Source: Felis catus
Lineage: Eukaryota
Assembly: GCF_018350175.1 (NCBI RefSeq)
Contig: NC_058382.1
Span: 56,298,001 to 56,362,000 of the forward strand
DNA: 64,000 bases
Reading direction: 5' to 3'
Position numbers and translations under genes: made by a program. Shown here piece after piece: positions 1 to 12,924 of this stretch (position 1 is its first letter; each line of letters begins with the position of its first letter). Under the pieces are notes generated by a model, which was not told the origin of the DNA, ran no database searches, and saw only the letters and a program-made list of their open reading frames with translations.

Positions 1-640
1 GTTAAAACCACAGAGATTATACCAAAATACGATTACAGACACACACCAAAATGGCTTAGAAATTTAGCAACTAACAATACCAAGTGTTGGCAAGGATGTG
101 CAGCAATTGAAACCCTCACACACCACAAAGTGAATATCCCATGACCTAGAAATTTCACTCCCGAGGCTACACCTGACAGAACTTGAAAGACACTTTCAGG
201 ATGATCAGAACGCTGTGCATAAAAATCCAAACTGGAAGCACCCCAAAAGCCCATCAAGAGACAAAGGGATACATTTTCATATGTACATGAGTATTTTGTG
301 GCAATAGAAAAAAAAACCCTACTATTATGTTCAGGAACCTCACAGACATAACATTGCATGACCAGGAGTCAGATATGACAGACTAGCCCATGTAGACAAA
401 GTTCAGCAGTGGGCAGAACTATCCTACATAGTAAACCTCAGAACACGAGTTACCTTTGTAAGGGTGATGACTGAAAGGGGGCATCAGGACATTTCTGGGG
501 CAATGACAGTTTTCTGTATCTTATTCTCCATGGTGATTGTATAGGTTTATTGCAAAAAAAAATTCATCAAACTGTACACATACATGTTTGCAGTCTCATA
601 TATGAATGATAAATATTATGCTCCAATTTAAAAGTTGAAA
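1..640 (+). mobile_element. Old L1 (L1M-type) ORF2 end / 3' UTR fragment
   Basis: L1M-like motifs aataccaagtgttggcaaggatgtg, atgacctagaaatttcactcc and aaaattcatcaaactgtacac. Confidence 0.75.
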
Positions 641-1058
641 GTAAATACAAGAAAAGTGGCATTTGGATGCCTCTTCCTTTTGGTGAGTTAGCAAATATTT
701 CTTATTCTCTTCATTGTGAGGAGAATGAATACCCACCACTGAAGCTGTTATCTGACTCCTCAGTCTGACACATGAACCCCTTTAAGACCGGGTGTTAGTA
801 TCCATTCTAGACCCTTCCTTCTGACTTGCTTCATCTTCTATCTTCCTGAGAACTGTCAATGCTCATCACAAACCATGGGACATAAAATAGCCTGTTCTGG
901 GAGTGGTGGAGGACAGGAGATGAAGCCAGTGTCAAGCATGTGTGTATTGTTCATACCATTCACACAGAAGAATGTTGGTGCTTAAACTTGGACACAGCCC
1001 TTTCTTAATACCAATTGTAAGATACATCCCTAACTTTTAGAGACATTAAAAAGGGCTA

Positions 1059-1277
1059 GGGTGCCTGGGTGGCTCAGTTGGCTAAGCATCCAACTCTTGG
1101 TTTTGGCTCAGGTCATGATCTCATGGTTCATGAGCTTGAGCCCCACATCAGGCTCTGTGCTGACAGCGTGGATCCTGCTTGTGATTCTCTCTCTTCCTCT
1201 CTCTCTGCCCCTCATCCACTTGTGCTCACTCTCTCTCTCTCCAAATAAATAAACTTAAAAAAAAAACTTAAAAAAAA
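1059..1277 (+). mobile_element. Can-SINE (SINEC_Fc-type)
   Basis: gggtgcctgggtggctcag head, (CT)n tract, aataaa and A tail. Confidence 0.95.
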
Positions 1278-1288
1278 TAGAGACATTA

Positions 1289-1500
1289 GGGCGTGTGGGT
1301 GGCTCCGTCGGTTAAGCGTCTGACTTCAGGGCATGGTGTCACGGTTCATGGGTTTGAGTCCCACGTCGGGCTCTGTGCTGATGGCTCAGAGCCTGGAGCC
1401 TGTTTTGCATTCTGTGTCTCCCTCTCTCTCTGCCCCTCCCCTTTTGCACGCTGTATCTCTCTCTCTCTCAAAAATGAATAAATGTTAAAAAGAAAAAAAA
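1289..1500 (+). mobile_element. Can-SINE (SINEC_Fc-type)
   Basis: SINEC head, body and tail, flanked by the direct repeat aaaaaaatagagacatta. Confidence 0.95.
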
Positions 1501-2514
1501 ATAGAGACATTAAAATGGGTTAGGGAAGGTGTCTTAAATATAACTTAAAAAAATCATGAGCAACTTTGCTTTTAAAATTAAGAATCCTTGAAATCTTTGT
1601 CTTGAAAATACAAATCATTAAATAACATGTTTAAGCCCTAAATACAAATTTTGTTGGTCTGCTTTGTCAATTAAATGCTGTGTAACTTTGTCCCCTCCCT
1701 TTTTCCAGAACCCTCTGAAGTTTTTTTTTTTTCAATCTTTTCTACCTATTATAGAAAAATTAGCTTTCACTTCACATCAAATAAAAAAGGTCTGGATAGC
1801 TAAGCCTCTATGTTTGATTTGAGTGGAGTGTCTCATGTGTGCCACTGGCCAAATTTTTCCAGAAAAATATTTGTCCTTAACCGACAGTTTGCTATTTTTC
1901 TGTTTCACTGTGTGGATGTCAAATAATTCATTTCTCTTTTTCCCAGTGTATGTGTTCCTGTGACCTCACAGATTACAGGGGTATCTTTTGTCCTGACAAA
2001 CGCTCTTGTCCGAATTCCATCATGGTGCTGAAGGATGGCATGGGGGGAGGGTTCTGACTGCTGAGCCAGGGCTGAGCCTCAGGCACCAGTCTCCTTTCCC
2101 AAGCTCCCCTGGCCAGAGCAGGGAGGAGGTACTAAAGACATTTCCATGACCAGGATGTTCTGCTTATCTCCTGCTGAAATGGAATGAGATGTGCAGGCAA
2201 GAACAAAAGAAGTTTTATGCAGCCATTACTAACTAGGAAGCTTTTGAAGTCAGCATCTGGGATGGTCCTAAAAACAAATGTGTAGTCAGAAAAAAAGAAA
2301 AAAAGAATTATTTCTGATACCCACTGACCTCAGAGAACCTGCCTGGTAATGAGATTACCTCTCTTTCCGGAACGCTAACAAAGCTTTGGAGGCTCTTTTC
2401 CTCCTTCCTTTGCTTTGCTTCCCCTTCACCCTTACCCACACCTGATACTACCTCTTTTGCTCTGTGCTAATCCATTTTCATCCAAAGAAAGATGTACTGG
2501 TTGGACTGAATTTG

Positions 2515-3030
2515 CTTTAGTTTGGGTTCCCCAGAAAGAAAAGCCCACCTAAGGCAAAGACTTGGGTGCAGGATGTTTATCTGGGAGGGTGTCCAGGGAA
2601 GCAAAGCAAGTAAAAGGCTAGGGAGAGAAAGAGGAAAAACCAATCAAAAGGTATATTACCCAGGTTGCTTCTGTTGTCAACAGAGTTAATTTATTCAGTT
2701 CTACCAGGACCCCTGAGAGCCCTGTGAAATGCCTTGCAGAATCATCCACCTGAAGGATGGAGAAGCTGGAATCTTTATGCACAGGCTCCCCACTCCCCAT
2801 GGATTGAGAGCTGCCCCAGGGGGTGTCAGATGCCTCAGGTTTAGAACAAGTTTCTCTGTGTGTCAGAGGAAGTCTTAGGCAGATCGTCTTGCAGTCACCT
2901 GGGCTAACAGAGGATTCTGGGACAGCCTGGTGAGTCTGTGCCCCCAAGATTGGGCACACAGCTGCCGCTGATGTCAGAGGTAGCTGAGAGGATAAGATGC
3001 GGGCCCGGGTGGGGGGTGGGGAGCTTGCCA
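2515..3030 (-). mobile_element. ERVL solo LTR, LTR16/LTR33-like
   Basis: tttgggttccccagaa...gacttgggtgcaggatgtttatctgggagg resembles the reverse complement of the LTR16-type 3' end and the copies at 14.7 kb and 55.4 kb. Confidence 0.65.
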
Positions 3031-3939
3031 CAGCCTCAGGAGCGCCAACTCTTTGGAGATGTCATCATTCAGAGTATGCACAGGATGGTTTGACCACCAG
3101 TGTGGTTTGAGCCGGACTGTTTCATGACATGTCAGTCAGAGGGCACCCCAGGCTTACAGCGCTGACGTTCTGGGTCCTTAACACATGGTGCACCTTCAGT
3201 GGAGCTTAGAGGCAGAGTGTTCATTTCCCGTGAAATGAGCTTGGGGGGATGTCACCATCGTTTTGATTCTAGGACTTTTGTACTTCAGAATCCAAAGGAG
3301 CTGTGTCTTCAGAAATTCCCAAGCCCTCCTCAGGAAGCTAATTTCCTCTGGTTTGTCAATTTTCCTTAAATTGATGAAACAATATTTTTAATATCAAAGA
3401 GATATAGAGCTGAGAATTTTTCCTGCCACAGCTTTAACGGACTGAATTAGAGAAAACTGGAAATTTGACCCAGACATTCAACTCCATCTTAAAAATTATG
3501 ATCTGTACCAAATACATAAATTTCCTTTCCTAAAATCTCAGTGTTCTTAGACCAAAGCCTGGCTTGGATTATGAATTGCCAGACTTTGAATTGAAAAGTA
3601 ATTAGACTTCGGGTTTGCCAGCGTTTGTGTTAATGTTTGAGCTAATGTTGACACTCCCACATTACAACATACCCGGAGATGATTATCTGGGAAAAGACCC
3701 CTCTTGGGAGGACATGGGGAATGGGAATTGAGGCTGGAAGGTAAGAAAGTGAGTCTGGGCAGAGAGGCAATTTATGGGGCAGAGGAAAATGAAGAAGGAG
3801 GAATCTTAGCAAAATATATGGTGTCAGAAACTTTAGAACCAGGGAGAGTTGTGTGGTCTCTCTTGGACATTGGTTCCGATCTTTGTATCTGGAAAGACAG
3901 AGCCTAGTCTAAGAATAATGATGTTGAGGTCTTCCCTTT

Positions 3940-4027
3940 TAAATGTCTGATTAATGTCTTTTCAGAGAAGCCTTTCCTTATTACCTTACTTATATTGGGT
4001 AAACCCTGTTAATTTTCTCTTACCATG

Positions 4028-4077
<50 letters not shown>

Positions 4078-4240
4078 CATTCTCAGCATTTGTCATGATT
4101 TATAATATTTAAAAGCATTGTTTCTTTTCTTGTCTTGTGTTGATCTCCCATGCCGGTTGGATCCCTGCTGTGTCCTTAACACTAAGCTCAGTGCCTGGCA
4201 CATTGTCAGTGCTGCATAAAGAGGTATTGAATTAATAAGT
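3940..4240 (+). mobile_element. L2 3' fragment interrupted by (TG)n
   Basis: cttttcagagaagcctttcct ... cagtgcctggcacattgtcagtgct. Confidence 0.6.
4029..4072 (+). repeat. (TG)n microsatellite
   Basis: Perfect TG run. Confidence 0.98.
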
Positions 4241-4475
4241 GCATTTCTAATTGAATAGCCGTTAGACCATAAATATCCAGTGATGCTTGTGATGTCTGAT
4301 GGCCGGGTTCCAGGGATCAGTAGGAAGAGTGACAGAGGATAGAGGTCCAGCTTTCCTCTGAGCTCAGTGGAAAGCAAGGGAGTGACCCTCAGATTAACTA
4401 TAGGATGACCGTGCTGGCTGCTGTGCCAAGGTGGGTTAGAGCAGTCACATGAGTGGGAGAGAGGTGTTCCAGTCA

Positions 4476-4955
4476 TGTGTCACTGTGTTACAGACTACCC
4501 TAACTTACAGACCTAAACAACCATCCTATTTGGTCATGTTTCTGTGGGCCAAGAATTCAAGCAGGGTTCATCTAGATATCAGCAGGGTCTTTGACTCAGC
4601 TGTTTCCAGCTGCTGACTTAGCTAGGCTGGAGGATCCAAGAAAGCTTCACTCACAAATATGGCACCTTGGTGCTTCTTCAGGGTGGCCTCTTTCCATATG
4701 CTACCTTGGGCTTCCCCAGAGCAAATCAAACATCTTACATGGTGGTTTGCTTCCAGTGGAAACCATCCAGGTGTGTGAGAGCAGAGGTTACATCTCTCTC
4801 AAGGCCAAGCCCTGGAAGTTACACACCATCATTCCCACTGTGTTCTGTTGGTCAGAGCAGCCCAGGGTTAACTTAAATTCAAGAGGAGGAGAAATGGACT
4901 CCACCTCCTGATGAGAAGATTGACCAAAGAATTTACAGCCATTTTTAACTTATCC
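4476..4955 (-). mobile_element. MaLR solo LTR (MLT1-type)
   Basis: tgtgttacagactaccc...tttctgtgggccaagaattc...ggagaaatggactccacctcctgatgag. Confidence 0.7.
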
Positions 4956-5079
4956 CAAGGAAAGACTGGTTAGGAAGTTGTTATAGTAAAGGTCATAGAA
5001 ATGGAGGTGGGGAGAAGTGGATTGGCTTAAAATATAATCGGAGGTAGACACAACAGGGTGGTGCCATTTGTCTCTTTTG

Positions 5080-5320
5080 GTTTCCTATTAGTTTTGTAAA
5101 ATATTATCACAAACATAGTGGTTCAACACAAATTTATTCTCTAACACTTTTGGAGGCAGAAGTCCAAAATGGGTGTTACAAGGCTTAAATCAAGGTGTCT
5201 GCAGAGCTGGTTCCTTCTGGAGGCTCTAGGGGAGAATCCATTGCTTGCCTCTTCCAGCTTCTCGAGAATGTCCATGGCCTCTTCCTCCATGCTCAAGGCC
5301 AGTTTTGTAGCATCTTTTAG
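5080..5320 (-). mobile_element. MaLR LTR fragment (MLT1B/C-like) within L2 debris
   Basis: caaatttattctct...ggaggcagaagtcc...caaggtgtctgcagagctggttccttctggaggctctaggggagaatcc. Confidence 0.75.
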
Positions 5321-5561
5321 GGGAGAGGCTTGGAAACAGTGAGATAGATTAGGGAGATGCTTATTCAGGGGACAGAATCAAGATCTGTACATGCTAAATG
5401 TGAGAAATTCGTGAGATGTCAAAAAAAAATTTTTTTTGAAGATATCACAAAAGTCAGATGGATATATGGGTCTTGCATTCAGAGTTGGGAATACACCCTT
5501 TGGATTTATCATTCTAAAGTTGTCTGAGGATTGTTGAGATCATTTAGGGGGAGACTTTATA

Positions 5562-6150
5562 GCAGCTTTGCCAAATTAAAATATAACTTGAGACACACAT
5601 GTAAATTTAAATTTTCGGGTAGCCACTTTTAAAATGGTAAGAAGAGGGCACCTGGGTGGCTCAGTCAGTTAGGCTCCTGACTTCAGCTCAGGTCATGATC
5701 TCACGGTTCATGAGTTTGAGCCACACGTCAGGCTCTCTGCTGTCAACGCAGAGCCCACCTTGGATCTTTTCTCCCCCCTCTCTCTCTGCCCCTCACCTGC
5801 TTACATACTCTGTCTCTCAAAGATGAATAAACATTTGAAAAATAGTAAGAAGAAACAGATGAAATTACTTTTAATATTATCTTCTTTAACCTGATGTATC
5901 ACTTAATTATTACCCCATCACTTGATCAATATTAAAAATTACATATTTTATATTTTTCCATTCTAAGTGTTAGAAATGGGAAAAGATAACCTACTGCTTT
6001 ATCTAAACATTAAAGTAGAATAATAAATTTAAAAATAATAAAAATATAAATCTACTGTGTTACAGCACACTTCATTTCAGACTGGCCCCATTCCCATTGC
6101 TGGTTGGCCACATGTGGCTTGCGGCCACATGTGGCTCGTGGCACAGCAGA
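5562..6150. mobile_element. hAT-Charlie MITE (MER33/MER3-like) split by a SINE
   Basis: cacatgtaaatttaaattttc..tagccac at the start, gccacatgtggct...gcacagca at the end, AT-rich interior. Confidence 0.65.
5646..5838 (+). mobile_element. Can-SINE
   Basis: SINEC body with TSD aaaatggtaagaaga / aaaatagtaagaaga. Confidence 0.95.
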
Positions 6151-6949
6151 GCATTTAAAGGAAAAGAGATCCCCAAAGTTGGCCCAGAGGAATCCCAACA
6201 TTTGCACGTCGGGTATAGAAAGAATGTGAGGGTAGAGCAGCAAGGAGGGAGTGAGACTGCAGAGGTAAGAAAAGCTTGGGGAAGTGGATGTGGCCAGCAT
6301 GTGGGATGTTAAAGCAAAGATCAGATGAGACAGAGAGTTAATAGAGAGTTGCTTCTAGTTGGAAGCGATAGAGAAAATAGAGACTAAAGACTAATCATGA
6401 ATGCTCATTCTATGGATATGTTCCTGTCTCCCACACTCTCTTCCTACTGCCTTCAGGTGGTAGAGGAAAGCGTCAAAGCACATGCAGCTGGGGAATATTT
6501 TATTTGCCAAACCTCTGCCAGGCCACACCGCACCACTGGGTAGCAACCAGCAAGTGGTTTGGGGACCTAAAAATAAGAGTTTAGATCATCTTCAGCCAGG
6601 GAGAACTGCAGTTTGGATGCAGTCCAGGTATAAAACAATCATCTTAACTCCTGTGTGTTAGTGTAAAGCTTGCCTTCTGTGAAATATCTTAAGTATAAGA
6701 GCTGTAAAACAAAATACTCATGGATTATATTGTGGTGTAATACCTAGAAGATGTAAAGACAGTAACAGCTTAAAGGCCTTCTAAAACTAGATATGAAATT
6801 TGAATTTGGCACATGTAGGTAGTTTCTGAAGCACTTTTGCTTTTTCTCAGCAATGTGGTGAGGCTGGATTTTCTTCACAGAGTAGCTAAGCTGTGAGGTA
6901 ATTGAAGACTGAGGGGCTTCTCCAGATGTATTTTAAAACCAAGAAAGTC

Positions 6950-7060
6950 CTAAGCAAGCTGTCCTGGTTTTCCTGAGACAGAGAGGGTGCCCAAGCTGTG
7001 GAATTTTTAGAGCTCACACCGGGAAAGTTCTGGGCAAACTGGGACAAGTTGGTCACCCAA
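6950..7060. mobile_element. hAT-Blackjack MITE (MER81/MER94-like)
   Basis: tgtcctggttttcctgagac...gggcaaactgggacaagttggtcaccc. Confidence 0.6.
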
Positions 7061-7168
7061 CCAATTTATTTGGACCTGATATAAAGACCTTATGATATTT
7101 TCAACCCAAAGAAAAGAGGCACCTCTTAGGGCTGACACTTACAAAAGGGGTTATAAGACCTGCATCCC

Positions 7169-7430
7169 AATTTATTAATTTGCAAAGAGGTATGAGTGTG
7201 ACAAGGACCGGAACACTCAAAGTCCATGCGATCAGCATTTTCTCTTCCTATACGAAGCCAACCTATTAATTTTAAAAGGGGAATGACTGTCACAGGCGCT
7301 GAGATACACAGAGTCCAAATGATCAGCAAATTCTCTCCCCGCGTGGAGTCAATCTGTTAATTTACAAAGAGAAATTACTGTCAAAGAGACCGGATGCTCA
7401 AGACCACATGATCAGCACATTTTCCGCGTC
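7169..7430. repeat. Degenerate tandem repeat, about 91-bp unit x about 3
   Basis: ttaattt at 7175/7266/7357 and gatcagca at 7230/7321/7410. Units 1 and 2 match at 61/91 positions ungapped (hand count). Confidence 0.85.
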
Positions 7431-7984
7431 TACTCCATCCTTTGTAGAAAACCACATCGTAGTCAGAAGACTGCTTAGTAAGCATGAAGAGCAGTTGGAA
7501 TGAATGTTGAAACAGGACAGGATGAAGAAAGGTGTTTTAATAAAACAAGGAAAAGCAGAATAGTAATCTGCCGTAGTTCTTCTCCTTCTTCCCAGGCCAA
7601 TTTTCTTCCCCTCTTCTCCTTGGCCTCTAACTATTGGAGTGTGTCAGGCCTCATGCGTCATCATCCCTCTACTCTACCATTTGCTCAAGCCAAAAATCTC
7701 GAAGGAGGACCCAACAGGGGTGCTCACAGCTGGGCTGGAAAGCCCTCACCTTTGTCTAAACTGTAGGGCGGGCTATTGGAGTATGATCAGCTCATCATCT
7801 CATTAAATTTCCCCAGCTAGCCTATTAGGTGAGGCCCCACTGCTGTCCTGTAGAAGATATGACTAGGCTTAGCAAAATGGCAGCTGTAGCCAAAATGGAC
7901 AGCCAAGAACATCAATGAGAGGCAGGTGCCCATGGTCAGATTTTACGGGTTGAATCATCGCAGATGCCAACTTCCAATCAGATA

Positions 7985-8165
7985 ATAATATTGTTATACA
8001 TCTTCTAAGTGCCAGACATTGTCACAATCACTTTATGGGCAGTAGTTCACTCAGTCTCCAAAAAGCCCTAAAAGATTGTCATAATGATTTTCATGCCCAC
8101 TTTACAGATAGAGGAACTGAGGCTTATGTTTGAAAACTGACATTATGTCACATGGCTATTATGTA
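7985..8165 (-). mobile_element. MIR
   Basis: cccactttacagatagaggaactgaggct core. Confidence 0.7.
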
Positions 8166-8576
8166 GGACATCTCAGGATCCTGTAACATCAGAGATCAGT
8201 CTCGCAGGAATAGGCTATGCCCTCACTCATGCAATCATGTTCAGAATCTGGCAAACATAGGTCAAGGAAGCCAAGAACAAGAGGCAATGGAATTCTCACA
8301 TCCATTACTCCTTTTTGTTGCAGCCAGCCTCTCTAAATACTAAGGCCTGGTCTTCTGAACCAGCTCCCTGGCAGTGCTCATGACTGGCCAATGGGCCCTT
8401 ACCCTCACTGCACAGGGACTGGCCCCATGGTCTTTGTCTTTAATACTATTATTTTCTAATAGGCCCATAGCTCTACAAGAAGAATGAAGCAGGCAGTTGG
8501 GAGGGGAGGGGAGGAATGGGGTTTTAATGTGTCACATTCTTGCAGCTTCACTACCTCATTTGAAGACTGCAGGCTC

Positions 8577-8779
8577 GGGGCGCCTGGGTGGCGCAGTCGG
8601 TTAAGCGTCCGACTTCAGCCAGGTCACGATCTCGCGGTCCGTGAGTTCGAGCCCCGCATCAGGCTCTGGGTCTATGGCTTGGAGCCTGGAGCCTGTTTCG
8701 GATTCTGTGTCTCCCTCTCTCTCTGCCCCTCCCCTGTTCGTGCTCTGTCTCTCTCTGTCCCAAAAATAAATAAAAAATG
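8577..8779 (+). mobile_element. Young Can-SINE (SINEC_Fc)
   Basis: CpG-rich near-consensus body with perfect 17-bp TSD ttgaagactgcaggctc. Confidence 0.97.
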
Positions 8780-9379
8780 TTGAAGACTGCAGGCTCATTG
8801 AGGGCACGGTCCATGTCCATCTTGCTTGCTTGGTATGCTTTCAGTATTATCTGCCCCCTACTCTGTTGCTGTTCAGTTTCTGTCCAGGGTCTAAACTTTC
8901 TGAAGAGAATATGGCCTTTTGCATTATGACACATGATTGCCACCCGCTGGTCAGAATGTTTTCTCTGCAAAAAGAAGGTTTGGGCTTGGGGGGCAAAAGT
9001 TGTCCATTTCTCATGCTCCTCAGTTTAGTGTCCAAAAATAAGGGGCATTATATTCTTCAAATTAAGGAAGTTTCTCAGAATCCAAAATGCATATTCTTAA
9101 CCATTCCCATAAAACATCAAATAAAATTATTTTACAATCACACATCTCAAATTATGTCGATGTGCTTCTTTCATTAGAGGGGTAATCAGGAGTCTCTATC
9201 TCTTCCAGATAAGGCCACTTGTATTTATCAGGGTTCTGACACCACAGTTCTCTAACAGAACTGTAAGGCTGAAGGTGGTTTTCACATTTCCAACTAATAA
9301 ACGCCATTTGTAAATATGATAATATCACTTTGGCAGCACCATTATTTTCTTTTTAGGAGACACCTATAGAGATAGCTCC

Positions 9380-9605
9380 AGTTATACTCTGGGTATTGTT
9401 TTATGTACTTTATAAGTATTAGTACATTTAACTTATGTAATAGCCCTCTAAAGTAGAGACCAATAAATATCATCCTTCCTTTGAAGATGAGAAACTGAGG
9501 CATGAATAGGTTAAGTCACCAGCCAAGATCAGCCATCTGGAAAATGAAAGGCCAGGATTCAAACTCAGCAACTCTGGCACAGAACCTTAGCCCTGGTCTA
9601 TGCTG
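9380..9605 (-). mobile_element. MIR
   Basis: gatgagaaactgaggcatgaataggttaagtcac...ccaggattcaaactcag. Confidence 0.7.
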
Positions 9606-10812
9606 CCTCTCAAAAGCACTATCCCTGGTTCCTCCAGCCTCACTGATCTGGGGCCATCCTCAGCCTTATCAGCTCTCCCCAAAGGTTCACTCTGACCACT
9701 GATCTAACATGGACAGGGCCCAGGCCAAGTGTCTTCTGACACAAGTGTCTCGAGTTGAGTTGAACACACTGGTTCTGGCCCTCATAGGGGTAGGCAGTTG
9801 TCTTTTAGAGGAAAACAGAGCTTTTGAAATAGATGTCAACTCCTAACCTCTCTTTTGAGATACAGATGAGGTGGGCAGTCACTGGTTGCTGGGGACCAGA
9901 TAAAGAAATAAAAAAATTAGGAAAGGATAAAAAATTGGGCCAATGGCACTTGAAAATTTCCCAGAATCTTTGAGAAGAATTTCACTCATTTTCTAAGGAA
10001 TTTGGTGCTTCTCAAGATAGAAAAACTGTTTTCACCTAAAATATCTCACTGGCGGTTCTGGAATCCTCTTGCTTCTTGGCAGGCTTATTAAGAAATTTTG
10101 CTCTTGCAGCAACAAATCTCAGCTTTCTTCACTTCTGGAAAACTGCAAAATCATTAACTATTCTTTAAAAATGTATTATTGGAAGTATATGTGATCTCTG
10201 TCCCTATAACTACATATTTTGACATGAACCACTATAAATTTGATGACAATTTGAGGGTGTTAGACATAATGACCTTCGGGGTTCCCTCTAGACATAAGCA
10301 GCAATGGATCCATGAGTCTGGATTAAATAATAACAAACATTTGAAATGCCCCCTTTTCTTCCTTTGTTCTTAAAGAACGAGTTAGCATATATTGATTTTA
10401 TTTCACAACTTGCATGGAAATGAGTGTTTCACTGTTGACATTTTTATGATCTGTAGTTTCCATTCTTTTTAATAGCTTTGGTGCAGTATTAAAAAAAAGT
10501 ATCTTGGTCATAAAAGCTGCTTTAGAAGCAGAAGTTGTTTTAGGAATGTAAACATGACTTATATAATCCACTTTCTCAGAAGAAAGCCTTGTAGTAACTA
10601 GGTTCAGGAAGGAGAAAGTTGGTGGGAGTGAATGAAGATGAGACACCCAAGATGACTGGGTGTATGTATCCCTTCTATGACTCTGGAGGGAATGGCCAAG
10701 AAATTTATGTTTAGCTGTGATAAAAGGCTGTGGATCAGGAGCTCAGGGAAAGCCTGGGAAAGCCAAAGACCTACTTCTTCAGCAGAGGACTTGCCTTAGG
10801 CAATTAGTTTGT

Positions 10813-11185
10813 GAATCAGGTTAGGTTAAGTTACGCTGCAGTAATATGCAGTCCTCCAAATACAGTGACTTAAACAAATGTTTATTTATTGCTTATGCTA
10901 CAGAATGAATATTTGTTAGAGGGGCCTTCTGCTCCATGCAGTTGTGCCCCCAAAATGCCATGACAGCACCATCTGAACAGGATACACGTGACTTGTCCAT
11001 GGCAGAGGAGAGCATTCTGACTTCTGCATTCACAACTATATATTCTGTCCGTGAGGTGACGGATGACATTTGCTTCTGTAATCCATTGATTGTCATAACG
11101 ACAGCCCGGTCCAGTTGCGAAGGGGACAGGAAAGTGTGTTGTTCCGTACCCTCAGGAGAAAGGAGATCTGATTATGCATGAGGGT
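10813..11185 (-). mobile_element. Old MaLR LTR (MLT1K/L-like)
   Basis: aatcaggttaggttaagttacgctgcagtaa...cagtgacttaaacaaatgtttattt. Confidence 0.6.
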
Positions 11186-11934
11186 CATAAGTCTGTTCCA
11201 CAAAAACCACAGTGGACTGAAGGTGTCGTCTGTGCCTTGCAACAAGTCCTCCACAAATAACATGTGATCCAGACCCCACACAACTCTATGAGACGTGTGC
11301 GCTCATGGTCCCTTTTTCTCAAATTAGGAGACTAGGATCAAGGAGGTTAAATAATTTGTCCAAAGGGGCTCCCGTGCATCTTAAGTGGTAGAGACAAGTT
11401 AGAAGCCTGCGCTACCAGTGACCATACTGCTCTTCTGGGAGAGCTCCTCCAGACCTCCGCTAAAGCACCAGGCCATTTGCTCTGCAAGGAGGAGGAGGGT
11501 ATCCACTGCCTTGCTGCACGTTAATGGTGCGTGTCAATGACAAAGGGTGGCCTGTTCACTTTGGGGAGCTGCAGACTCTCTCCCCATGCTATTGGGAAAC
11601 TAATAATTTATGAAGTCAACTTTCAAGTACTAGCAGGGGGAGTAGTCATTTTTTCAAGTCATAAACATAGAAAGGCAATTTTAATGTGAGACTCTGTGGG
11701 CGATATCTAACCACGTTAAATGTTGGAACAAAGAGTTTGAAATACATATCATGTATCTGTGCATATATAATTTGAGAGAATAAGCGTGCATGAGAGAATT
11801 CTGAAATAATTTAAATGTATGTTGATTATGTATCTCTAATTTATATTAAGTGTAGGTTGTAAATTAAATATATAGGATTGATACTATCCATCTGTCATCT
11901 GTATGCCCATCCATCCATTCATGTACCTAAACCA

Positions 11935-12560
11935 TTACCCAATAGAAATGTAATTTCAGCCACACATGCAATTCTAATTTTTTGTATCAGCATTTTAAAT
12001 AGGGAAAAGAAACTTGTGTAACATTAATTGAATTTTATATTAATATTGAATCAATTGAATTAGTATATTTTATTTAACCCAATACATGCAAATATGATCA
12101 TTTCCATATGTAATCAACATAAAAATTATTAATTTACATACTTTTTTGTACTTAGTTTTTTAAAATTTTTTAACCTTTATTTTATTATTTTTGAGAGAGA
12201 GAGAGACAGAGCACGAGTCCAGGGAGGAGCAGAGAGGGAGAGAGACAGAGAATCCAAACCAGGCTCCAGGCTCTGACCTGTCAGCACAGAGCCCAATACG
12301 GGACTCACACTCACAAACGGTGAGATCATGACCTGAGCCAAAGTCGGATACCCAACCAACTGAGCCACCCAGGTGCCTCTGTACTTAGTTTTTTAAATCC
12401 CCATGTGTTTTTTTTTTTTTATGTTGAAAACATCTTAACTGGATCCTAAATGTTCACTAGAAATACTTAATCACTATTCATAGCTCATAAAACGTACGGT
12501 TAAAACACAGGCTCATATGTTCAAGGTTTCCAAAGATAATAAAGTTTTCCAATAATTGAA
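11935..12560. mobile_element. hAT-Charlie (MER33/Charlie5-like) fragment split by a SINE
   Basis: ccaatagaaatgtaatttcagccacacatg...ttttatttaacccaatacat. Confidence 0.6.
12165..12379 (-). mobile_element. Can-SINE
   Basis: Reverse SINEC with perfect TSD tgtacttagttttttaaa. Confidence 0.95.
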
Positions 12561-12924
12561 CTAACCCATTGACAACGACCAGACTGCTGATCAGTGCTTG
12601 TATCTATTAAAAATGCTACACGTCTGACAAACATCAAACTACAGTCCTTTCTGGAGACAGCAAACGCAGTTCCCCCCAGAGGACTCTAACTCGTCATTGG
12701 GTCCCCTCTCCATGGAATATCAGTAGAAATGCCTTTCCTTTTTGCAACTACCTGGGAAGAATTTCTGGTCAGAAGCTGGATGACATTTGTGTTCAAGTGT
12801 TGGTGGGACTCCAAATACAGAGTCAAAACATCATGTTCTAATTATGAGCCTTCTTTCACTAGCTGTGTGGTCTGGGCTATCTCAACGTAGGTCTGGGTCC
12901 CATCTGGAAAATGAGGGGGCTAGT

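Noticed and set aside
6107..6137. Repeated palindrome gccacatgtggc
   Set aside because: Part of the MER33/MER3-type terminus with a small local duplication.
7169..7430. 91-bp repeat read as a CRISPR-like array or a 30-aa protein repeat
   Set aside because: Similarity spans whole units with no unique spacers, the context is a eukaryotic intron, the period is not divisible by 3, and the matching frame stops once per unit.
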